Of a stretch of DNA of 64,000 nt, positions 43,307-53,774 are shown in pieces (positions within the stretch are counted from its first letter, which is position 1; every line of letters begins with the position of its first letter). The notes under the pieces are model-generated. The model saw nothing but the letters and a program-made list of their open reading frames with translations, was not told the DNA's origin and made no database searches. A program made the translations under genes and the position numbers. The DNA is from the human T2T-CHM13v2.0 reference genome, Homo sapiens, in NCBI RefSeq assembly GCF_009914755.1, contig NC_060925.1; one strand, written 5' to 3'.

Positions 43307-45702
43307 ACGCGTGGAAAACCATGCCCACCACAAGGTGAGCATATGACAGCCCGGAACAACACCCTCCACCCCCAGGTGAGCATCTGACAGCCTGGAACAG
43401 AACCCCACAACTTCAAATAAGAATTTGATAAGTGGGAAAAAGCTCCCCGCCCTCAGGTGAGTGTCTGACAGCCTGGAACAGCACCCCACAACTGCAGGTG
43501 AGCATCTGATAGCCTGGATAGGCACTCCACACAGCCAGGTGAGCAGCTGAAAGCCTGGAATGGTACCCCACATGCAGGTGAGCATCCGACAGCCTGGAAC
43601 AGCAGCTCACATCCCCAGGTAAGATTCCAACAGCATGGAACAAGACCACTGCCCCCAGGTGAGCATCTGGCAGCCTGGTAAAACAACCCCCTTCAGGTGA
43701 GCATCCGACAGCCTGGAACAGCAGCTCACATCCCCAGGTAAGATTCCAACAGCATGGAACAAGACCACTGCCCCCAGGTGAGCATCTGGCAGCCTGGAAA
43801 AACAACCCCCTTCAGGTGAGCATCTGACAGCCTGGAACAGCACCCTCCACCTTCAGGTGAGAATATGACAGCCTGAAACAGCACCCCACACCCCAGGCAA
43901 AAATCTGACAGCATGGAACAAGACCACTGCCCCCAGGTGAGCATTTGACAGCCCGGGAAAGTACCCTCCATGCACAGGTGAGCATCTGACAGCCTGGAAA
44001 CCCCCCCACTGCTTCCAGGTGAACATCTGATAGCCTGGAACAGAACCCCAGTTCTCCAAGTAAGGATCTGAAAGCACGGAACAGCACTCTCACCCCCAGG
44101 GGAGCATCTGACAACCTAGAACAGCACCCTCACCCCGAGGTGGGCATCTGGCAGCATAAAACAGCACCCCTACTGGCAGATGAGCATATGACAGCGTGGA
44201 ACAGCACCCACGCACCCAGGTGAGCATCTGACAGCCTGGAACAGCACCCCACACCCCCAGGTGAGCATCTGACAGCCTGGAACAGCACCCACACCCCCAG
44301 GTGAGCATCTGACAGCCTGGAGCAGCACCCTACACCCCCAGGGGAGCATCTGACAGTCTGGAGCAGCACCCACACCCCCAGGTGAGCATCTGACATCCTG
44401 GAACAGCACCCCACGCCCCCAGGTGAGCACCTGACAGCCTGGAACAGCACCCCACACCCCCAGGTGAGCATCTGACAGCCTGGAACAGCACCCACACCCC
44501 CAGGTGAGCATCTGACAGCCTGGAGCAGCACCCCACACCTCCAGGGGAGCATCTGACATCCTGGAACAGCACCCCACACCCCCAGTGAGCATCTGACAAC
44601 CTGGAGCAGCACCCCACACCTCCAGGGGAGCATCTGACATCCTGGAACAGCACCCCACACCTCCAGGGGGAGCATCTGACAGCCTGGAACAGCACCCACA
44701 CCCCCAGGTGAGCATCTGACAGCCTGGAGCAGCACCCTACACCCCCAGGGGAGCATCTGACAGTCTGGAGCAGCACCCACACCCCCAGGTGAGCATCTGA
44801 CATCCTGGAACAGCACCCCACGCCCCCAGGTGAGCACCTGACAGCCTGGAACAGCACCCCACACCCCCAGGTGAGCATCTGACAGCCTGGAACAGCACCC
44901 ACACCCCCAGGTGAGCATCTGACAGCCTGGAGCAGCACCCCACACCTCCAGGGGAGCATCTGACATCCTGGAACAGCACCCCACACCCCCAGTGAGCATC
45001 TGACAACCTGGAGCAGCACCCCACACCTCCAGGGGAGCATCTGACATCCTGGAACAGCACCCCACACCTCCAGGGGGAGCATCTGACAGCCTGGAGCAAC
45101 ACCCCACACCTCCAGGGGAGCATCTGACAGCCTGGAACAGCACCCCACACCTCCAGGGGAGCATCTGACAGCATGGACAAGTCCTGCCCCCCGGTTAGTG
45201 TCTGAATTCCTGGAATATGTGCTGTCCTTTTCCACCAGGTGAGCATATGACCGCCTGGAAGAAGCACCCCTGCATGTTACCTGTGGTGAAACCAAGGCTG
45301 AGAGACAGGACAGGGTTGTTGGCCAGGAGGAGGGGCCTGCTGCTGAGCCCCAGCGCTGAGTCAGAGCTCACAGCCTTGAGCCTGTGCCATGCCTCCTCTC
45401 AGGGTGAAGAGGCAGAGGGCATGGGGGGGGGGCGCAGCATCAGCCCATATCCTGGATGCACAAATTCACAGGCATGACGGGGCGAGGGCCTGCTGCTCCT
45501 ACCGTCACTCCCACATGCTAGCCCTCCAACGTCCTGGCTGACTTTCCCTGCCTCTGGTCCTGCGGCCCTGGACACAGCGGGAGGAGGGGACAGGATCCTG
45601 TGGTACCCCTTGGAGGAGGTTCCGGCACCTGTAGGCAGTTTCCAAGGATCCCTTGTGGCCACATCCAGCTGTTAAATGGGCGTGTCCCTGGCAGCCACAG
45701 AT

Positions 45703-45740
45703 GTCTGTCCAGTGCAGGAAAGTCTGTCCAGTGCAGGAAA
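45703..45740. repeat. Perfect 19-bp tandem duplication
   Basis: gtctgtccagtgcaggaaa twice in tandem. Confidence 0.85.
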
Positions 45741-46981
45741 GGGCAGGCAGAGAGCTGGCTCCCAGCCCCAAATGCATGTCTCCCTCCCTGGGGCCCAGGC
45801 TGGCACAGAAGTCAGGCCTGCCAGTGGGAAACTTGGGGGAAACTTGGTGCCCTGGTCCAGCAGCCTGCCCTGCAGCAGCAAGCATGGCCTCTGGAGGCTG
45901 TCGTCCTCCTGGCCTCCAGGATTGCTTTTCCTTTCTTCCTAGAACTCCAGCCCTTAAGAAAATCAGAAGCCCTGGCAGGCACATTGCCTCTGTGCTGTGC
46001 TTTTACCCAGCGAAGCATCAGGGCAGACAGCCAATTTCAACACTGCTCTTGGCTGGGAAGTGCCCTCATCTCTGGCAGCCCCCACAGAGAAAGTGCAGGG
46101 CCCCGGGGCTGTGGCTGCCTCAGGGCAGGTCTCCCTTGTGACAGCCTCTTGTCATGGGCCTGGGAGTGGACCCCTCCCATCCCTGCCGTGCATCCTGTTG
46201 AGTAGACAGCTCAGGCTAGTACCCAAGAGGGTGGCCAGCAGATCACAGGGGATGTCCCTTTTGTCTTAGCTGTTTATGGGCTGGAGGAACCACTGTTCAG
46301 CCACATCTCCTCTCCTGCCCCTCCTGCATTCACCCGAGGTTGATGGGAGCTCTGTGGGGGGAGACAGGCAGGGGAGGGGCCAGGCAACACCTGGGCATAT
46401 CCCCAGGGTGCCTCCTCTGATCCCCAGGAGGGGCAGCACCCACCCTCTTCTTTTTCCAATTTGTTTTTATTGTGGTTAAATATACATAACGTAAAATTTA
46501 CCATCTTAATTATCTTTATGTGTACGGTGTGGTGGCATTAAATACATTCATCATGTTGTGTGGCCGTCACCACCATCCCTTTCCAGAACTAGCTCATCTT
46601 CCCAAACTGAAACTCTGTCCCCGTTAAATACTAACTCTCCGTTCCCCAGGCACTCTCTGCCCCCAACCCCAGGCACCCACCATTCTGCTTTCTGTCTCTG
46701 TGATTCGATGACTCTAGGGACTTCATATAAGGGAAATCACACAGTGTTTGTCCTTTTGTGGTGGCTGCTTATTTTGCTGAGCACAATGTCCTTGAGGTTC
46801 ATCCATGTTGTAGTGTGTACCAGGAATCCCTTCCTTTTTAATGTTGAATAATTCCCCATTGTATGGATGGATCATGTTTGGCTTATCCACCCATCCATCG
46901 GTGGACACCTGGGTGCCTTCCACCTCCAAGCTCTTGTGAACAATGATGCTATCTATGAATATGGTGTACAAATGTCTCTAA

Positions 46982-47350
<369 letters not shown>

Positions 47351-47590
47351 TGGTAGTTCTATTTTTAGCTTTTTGGGAAATGGCCATCCTGTTTTCCTTA
47401 GCTGCTGCACCATTTTACCTTCCCACCAATAGTGCAGAAGGTTCCAGTTTCTTCACATCCTCACCAGTGCTTGTTATTTTCTTTTTAAAAACTTCATAGT
47501 AGCCATCCTGACAGGTGTGAGGCATATCTCGTTGTTTTGATTTGTGCTTCCCTGATGATTGGTGATGTCCAGCATCTTTTCATGTGCTTA

Positions 47591-48022
<432 letters not shown>

Positions 48023-48758
48023 TCATGAAATCCAACTTTATTTTTTCTTTTGCTGCCTGTGCCTTTGTTGTTGTAGCCCAGAAGTCATTGTCAAATCCAG
48101 TGTCGTGAAGCTTCTCCCCTGTGCTTACTTCTAAGAATTTTATAGTTTTAGGTCTTTGATCCATTTTGAATTAATTTTTGTATGTAGTGTTAGGAAAGAG
48201 TCCAACTTCATTCTTTTGCATAGTTTTCCCTGCAACATTTGTTGAAAAGACTGTCCCTTCCCCATTGAATGGTCTTGGTCAAATCATTTGACCATCTATG
48301 GGAGGGTTCATTTCTGGACTCTCTATTCTGTTTCATTGGTCTCTGTGTCTGTTTTTGTGCCATACCACACTATTTTGATCACTGTAGCTTTGTAGTAAGT
48401 TTTGAAATCAGGAAGTGTGAGTCCTCCAGCTTGCTGGTTCTTTTTCAGGGTTGTTTTGGCTGTTTGGGGTCCCCTGAGATTCCACAGGAATTTCAGAATT
48501 TAGCTTTTCTACTTCTGTAAAAAACATTATTGAGATTTTGACAGAGATTGCATTGAATCTGTAGATCACTTTGGGTAATACTGACGTCTTACCAACATGA
48601 AGTCTTCTAATACATGAACATGGAATGTGTTTCCATTTGTTTATGTCTTATTTAATTTATTTCAGCAATGTTTTATAGTTTTCATTGTACAAATCTTTCA
48701 CCTCTTTGGTTAATTCCTAAGTATTTTATTCTTTTTAATTCTATTGTAGATGGAATTA

Positions 48759-49036
48759 CAGTTGACTCTTGAACACAGGTTAAAATTATGTGGGTCCCCT
48801 TATATGTGAATTTTTTTCAATAAATACAGCCAGCCTTTCATATTGGTGGGTTCCGAATCCACAGCCAAATGCAGATCAGTTCTTGGGATGTGCAACCCGC
48901 GTACACAGAGGGCCAACTTTTCATATCTAGGGGTTGGGGGTTCCACAGGGCTGACTGTAGGACTTCAGTATGTGGGGATTTCAGTATCTGAGGGTTGTCC
49001 TGGAACCAATCCCATGTGTATACCAAGGGGTGACTG
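48759..49036. mobile_element. TcMar-Tigger family MITE (MER8/MER2B-like)
   Basis: Imperfect terminal inverted repeats cagttgactcttg...caaggggtgactg with a TA duplication on each side; internal gtcctggaaccaatccc motif. Confidence 0.8.
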
Positions 49037-50494
49037 TATTTTCTTAATTCCCTTTTTAGATTGTTCATTATTAATGTATAAAAATGCAACTGATTTTTGT
49101 GTTGCCTTCGTATCCTGCTACTTTGCTGAATTCATTTATTAGTTCTAACAATTTTTTTTTGTGTGTGGAATCTTTAGGGATTTCTACATATAAGATCTGT
49201 GAACAGAGATAATTTTACTTCTTTCAAATTTGGATGCTTGGTAATTTTTTTCTTGCCTAGTTATTCTGGCTATAACTTCCAGTGCAATGTTGAGTAGAAG
49301 TGCAAAAGCAATCATCCTTGCCTTGTTCCTGATCTTAGAGGAAAAACTTTTCTTTTTCATCATTGAGTATGATGTTTGCTGTGGGTTTTTCATATATGGA
49401 TTTTATATTGAGGCAGTTTCCTTCTATTCCTAGTTTGTTGAGTATTCTTATCATAAAAGGGTGCTGAATTTTGTCAAATGCTTTTCTGCATCAGTTGAGA
49501 TGATCATTTTTTCCCTTTCATTCTGTTAATGTGGTACATCACATAAATTGACATTTGTATGTTGAACCATCCTTGCATTCTAGCAATAAATCTCACTTGG
49601 TCACGTGTGTCATCATTTTAACAAATTGCTGAATTTGTTTTGTTAGTATTTTGTTGAGGATTTTTGCCTCAATATTCATACGGGATAATGGTCTGTAGTT
49701 TTCTTGTAGTGTCTTTGGCTATGGTATCAGGGTAATGCTGGCCTCATAGAATGAGTCTGAGGAAGTGTTCCTTCCTCTTTGATTTTTTGGAAAAGTTTGA
49801 GGATTCGTGTTAGTTCTTTAAATATTTGGTAGAATTCACCAGTGAAGCCATCAGGTCCTGGCCTTTTCTTTGTTGGGAGATTTTTGATTACTGACTCAAT
49901 CTTTTTACTAGTTATAGGTCTATTCAGATCTTCTATTTCTTCATGATTTAGTCTTGGTAGGTTTTGTGTTTCTAGGGATTTGTCCATTTCACCTAGATTA
50001 ACTGATTTGTTGGTTTACAATTGTTCCTATTACTATCTTATAATTATTTTTATTTCTGTAGAATTGGTAATAACCTGATTTTCATTTCTGATTGTCATGA
50101 TTTGAATTTTCTCTTTCTTAGTCCACCTGGCAAAAGGTTTGTCAAATTTTGTCTTTTCAAGGACAAACTTTTGTTTTCATTGATTTTCTCTATTTCTTCT
50201 CTATCCTATGTTTTATTGATCTCTGCTGTAATCTTTTTCTCTCTCTCTCTTTCTTTCTCTTTCTGTTCATGTGTTCTTTTTCTAGTTTCTTAAGTTGTAA
50301 AGTTAGATTGTTGATTTGAGATCTTTCTTGTTTTTTAATGGAAGCATTTACAGCTATACATTTCCCCCTCAGGATTGCTTTCCCTGTGTCTCATAATTTG
50401 GGGTGTGTTGTTTTCATTTTCACTTGTCTCTAAGCATTGTCTAACTTCTCGAAGTGTGATTTCTTCTGTGATCCATTGGTTGTTTAGCTCCCTC

Positions 50495-50575
50495 CTCCTT
50501 TTACAGAGGAGGAAACTGAGGCCTGGGGAGGTGAAGTGATTCGGCTGCGGTTGCTTAGCTGGACCCAACTCTTCT
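50495..50575 (-). mobile_element. MIR fragment
   Basis: MIR core-like ttttacagaggaggaaactgaggc...gaggtgaagtga. Confidence 0.6.
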
Positions 50576-51339
50576 GGGCTCCAGGGACAGTGCTCAGGGC
50601 AGCAGGCCTGGGCTGAGCACACAGGTCCAGTGTGAGTCCCTCAGAGTCAGACCACATAGAATGCAGTGCAGTTGCAAGCAAGGAATGCTCATAAACAAAC
50701 AGAACAGAAACCATCTTCCAGCACACAGGCCTCCCCCAGCTGATTGGGATCTGTCTTCTTGCCATTGCCCCTCTCCCAACTTTTATTTTAAATTGGAGCA
50801 GTTCCTGCAGAAGAAAGTCTTAAATGCATAGATAACGAACTTAAAGAGCAGGTAAATGAAGCTCAGATCAGGGTCCGGGGGCTGCATCCCTGCACCTGTC
50901 TGTGGCAGACATGGCTGGCCGAGGCCAGCACTTACTCCCTCTGTGCATGTCCTCTAAACCCCTCTCAACACCGGGGGCCAGGCAGCCTCACCAATGCAGC
51001 TGAGGGAACATCTCCTGGCCAACAACCCCAGAGGGACCCCTGCATGCACTGAGCATTATCTAAGCTGGGGAGGACCCCTAGTACCTCTGAAGGCTCGCAC
51101 ATCTATCCACACAGACTGAGGCTGGGAGGATGAAAGGGCAGGACTCCCAGAAACTGGGTTTGTGGGGACCCGGCTCCCATGAGCCGCTGTACAGGTGGGG
51201 ATGGGAACATGGGTTTTGATGGGCATCTCACTGCTCAGGATGGCCTACCCGGCTCCCTCTCTCCTTGGGGTGGAGGAAGGCAGCTCCCTGGGTCCCCCAC
51301 CCCTGCTTGCCCAGGCCCAGGTCAGGAGTGGGGCGGCAC

Positions 51340-51506
51340 CTGCAGCTGGTCTAGGGCCAGGTGCACCAACGCCCGTCCACACAGTGCCTGCACGTTCCCC
51401 GGCTCAGCCCGCAGCACTGTGTTGAAGTCGAACATGGCCGTCTTCTTCTGGCCCAGGAACCCATAGCAGCGGGCTCGGGCAAGGAGGGACTCACTTGCCT
51501 GGCTTC
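51340..51506 (-). CDS. TTC34: TTC34 coding exon (167 bp), TPR helices; last exon seen before the array-containing intron
   Basis: Acceptor tcttcctgcag|GA and donor CAG|gtgccg. Encodes (G)SQASESLLARARCYGFLGQKKTAMFDFNTVLRAEPGNVQALCGRALVHLALDQLQ. Phase 1 in, phase 0 out, consistent with the upstream exon. Confidence 0.9.
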
Positions 51507-51792
51507 CTGCAGGAAGACGGCATGGGGTCAGGATGAGCCTATGCTGGGTCCCTTCCCCAGCATCTATCCTGCCCAGCCCGGGGAGGGCAGAGGGTGCATG
51601 AGCTTCAGGGCCTACCTTGGGGAGCTCACAGGCCACTGGGCACCAAGACAGACAGAGACAGGGTGGACTTGGGGGCATTGGCTGCAGGGCAAGAGGAGCT
51701 CAGCCAGGACTGGGGACAGCTGGGGGGCTGCCGTGAGGAGGGGGCACTGCAGCTGCCTCTGAGGCCAGGCGAGGGCAGGGGGATCAGGGTAG

Positions 51793-52611
51793 CACTACCA
51801 TCAAGACGCGGAGACCGGTAGTGGCCCCGAACGGCTGAGCGCACTGATATTTACTGCATACAAGACGAGGGGGGCAGGGTAAGGAGGGTGAATCTTCTAA
51901 GTGATTGACAAGGTGAAGCAAGTCACGTGATCAAAGGACAGTGGGCCCTTCCCTCTTGGGCAGCTGAAGCAGAGATAGAAGGTGGCATACGTCAGCGTTT
52001 TCTTCTATGAACTTATAAGATCAAAGCCTTTAAGACTTTCACTATTCCTTCTACCGCTATCTACTACAAACTTCAAAGAGGAACCAGGAGTATGGGAGGA
52101 ACATGAAAGTGGACAAGGAACGTGACCATTGAAGCACCACAGGGAGGGGTTTAGACCTCTGGATGACTGTGGGCAGGCCTGGATGATATCCAGCCTTCCA
52201 TAAGAAGCTGGTGGAGCAGAGTGTTCCCTGACTCCTCCAAGTAAAGGAGACTCCCTTTCCCGGTCTGCTCAGTAATGGGTGCCTTCCCAGACACTGGTGT
52301 TACCACTTGACCAAGGGGCCCTCAAGCAGCCCTTATGCGGGTGTGACAGAGGGCTCACCTCTTGCCTTCTATTCACTTCTCACAATGTCCCTTCAGCACC
52401 TGACCCTACACCCACTGGTTATTACTAGATTATGTTAGTAATGCAACAAAAAGTAATATTAAAAGCTAATGATTAATAATGATTAATAATTGTTCATTAT
52501 CTCTATATCTAATTTGTATCATGACTATTCTTATTCTATTTTCTTTATTATACTGAAACAGTTTGTGCCTTCAGTCTCTTGCCTCGGCACCTAGGTAATC
52601 TTTTGCCCACA
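51793..52611 (-). mobile_element. ERVK-class LTR (LTR13A-like), apparently 3'-truncated
   Basis: The minus strand starts TGTGGGCAAAAGATTACCTAGGTGCCGAGGCAAGAGACTGAAGGCACAAACTGTTTCAGTATAATAAAG, which I recall as the LTR13/LTR13A 5' end. No canonical CA 3' terminus is visible near 51.8 kb. Confidence 0.8.
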
Positions 52612-52687
52612 ACCCCTCGCCAAAGAGGCTGTCATTACTGTGCCCCTTCTGGGTGTTGTTCTGTGACGGACATGGGACAACATGCCA

Positions 52688-52773
52688 GGCTGCTCTGGGC
52701 CACTCTGGGCCACTCTGGGCCGCTCTGGGCTGCTCTGGGCCGCTCTGGGCCGCTCTGGGCCGCTCTGGGCTGC
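52688..52773. repeat. 10-bp minisatellite (GCCGCTCTGG) x ~8
   Basis: tgctctgggc/cactctgggc/cgctctgggc repeated in tandem. Confidence 0.92.
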
Positions 52774-52884
52774 ATGCCTTCCTGCCGACGTGTGCAGGGC
52801 ATGCTCTCTGTGCCAGGTACTGTCCCAAAATGAGCCCTCTGAATCCCCACTTCCACCCGACATGGGCAACGCTGCCATCCCCCT

Positions 52885-53035
52885 TTGGGAGAGGAGGGTG
52901 AGGGGTGCTCACTAAGTGCATGGCCAGGTTCCACGTGGCAGCCTGATCTAGGTCCAGGCTTGGGAGAGGAGGATGAGGGGTGCTTACTAAGTGCATGGCC
53001 GCGTTCCACGTGGCAGCCTGATCTAGGTCCAGGCT
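52885..53035. repeat. 75-bp tandem duplication
   Basis: tgggagaggagg(g/a)tgaggggtgct(c/t)actaagtgcatggcc...gatctaggtccaggct at 52886 and 52961. Confidence 0.9.
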
Positions 53036-53569
53036 CTCACACTCCCTGTACCCCAGGAGATCCCTGCGAGTCCTGGGAAACATCGCCTTCCCTCCAGACA
53101 CCTGGCCCCCCAACCCCAGAAACAGCACTGACTCCAGGAAGCAGGCAGCACCCCCGTGCTGGGTGTCCCAGGGTGGGGAGGCCAGGCGTGCATAGGAGGA
53201 GCCTGTCACTATTTCTAGGAAGGGCTGAGGGGAGCAGGGACCTCGCCTCCTTGTCATTAGCTAGGAAAGGGGCCCTTCTCCCCTCAGGACTGGGGGTGCT
53301 GGGACGGCAGCTCAGGCACCAGGCAGGGCACAGCTCAGGTCCCAGCTCAGGCCCCAGGTCTCAGAGCCTGGTCTCAGGCCTTGGTGCACCCACCTTGAAG
53401 GTGAAATGCCCTCAGCGAGTGGCCCTTGCCCTGTCCAACCCGTGGGTGTTCCTGAGGCCCCTGCACCTGGGGAGCATGCGTGTCCCCACCAACCAGCATG
53501 GCAGAGACTCCCCATGTCCCCTGTGCCTGGCACAAGACTGGGCCCTGGGGGCAGGTGGGCAGCTCCTAC

Positions 53570-53774
53570 CTGCGGCAAAGATGGCCAGAGACAGGTAGGC
53601 GATGGCCTCCTTGGTGTGAACCCTGCCGTCGGCCCCGCCTGGCCGTGCCCGCAGGATGGCCAGGGCCCTGGCGTGGCAGTGGCCTTGAAGCAGCTGCCGG
53701 TCCTCGTGGCAGAAGACGTCCAGGGTGGGCTGGAGGCAGGCGGTGTCACCAGACTGGACCAGCTTCTTCACCAA
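53570..53774 (-). CDS. TTC34: TTC34 coding exon (205 bp)
   Basis: Acceptor cacccttgcag|TTG and donor GCAG|gtagga. Encodes LVKKLVQSGDTACLQPTLDVFCHEDRQLLQGHCHARALAILRARPGGADGRVHTKEAIAYLSLAIFAA(G). Phase 0 in, phase 1 out. Confidence 0.92.

Larger units (their letters stand above)
31000..44750. repeat. 7,624-bp-offset duplication within the array (~31.0-37.0 kb copied at ~38.6-44.7 kb)
   Basis: Matching ORFs at 31021/38645, 32110/39734, 33435/41059, 34483/42107 and 35665/43289. The offset becomes 7,743 after a 119-bp duplication at ~43,580-43,815 (36347/44090). Confidence 0.92.
1..45275. repeat. Giant ~40-bp tandem array (midisatellite/VNTR, probably D1Z2) in a TTC34 intron; open at the left edge
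   Basis: Continuous tandem copies of CCCCCAGGTGAGCATCTGACAGCCTGGA(A/G)CAGCACCCACA with 39-41 bp variants. The last recognisable unit (caggtgagcatatgaccgcctggaagaagcacccc) ends near 45,270. The D1Z2 name (40-bp midisatellite of 1p36.3) is recalled from unit length and position beside TTC34 exons, not from a search. Confidence 0.97.

Noticed and set aside
25710-44750. Higher-order copies as pure assembly artefact
   Set aside because: Copies carry distinguishing substitutions and indels (gagtagctg/gagtatctg, cagaattctcc/cataattctcc, the 119-bp duplication). Read-level confirmation is still needed.
1-45275. CRISPR-like array of ~40-bp repeats
   Set aside because: Units are head-to-tail with no unique spacers, there are no cas genes, and the flanks are primate (Alu, L1, spliced exons).
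9-45295. Long Cys/Gly-rich minus-strand ORFs as keratin-associated or metallothionein-like genes
   Set aside because: All three frames are open and give the same peptide because the repeat strand lacks stops. Frame-changing 39/41-bp units are common, and there is no promoter or exon structure.
45217-46504. ORFs in the unique flank next to the array as an extra exon or gene
   Set aside because: No recognisable protein similarity; consistent with GC-rich intronic sequence.
49727-49987. Reverse-transcriptase-associated ORF as an active element or novel RT system
   Set aside because: A short remnant of a decayed L1 ORF2 with stops and nested insertions.
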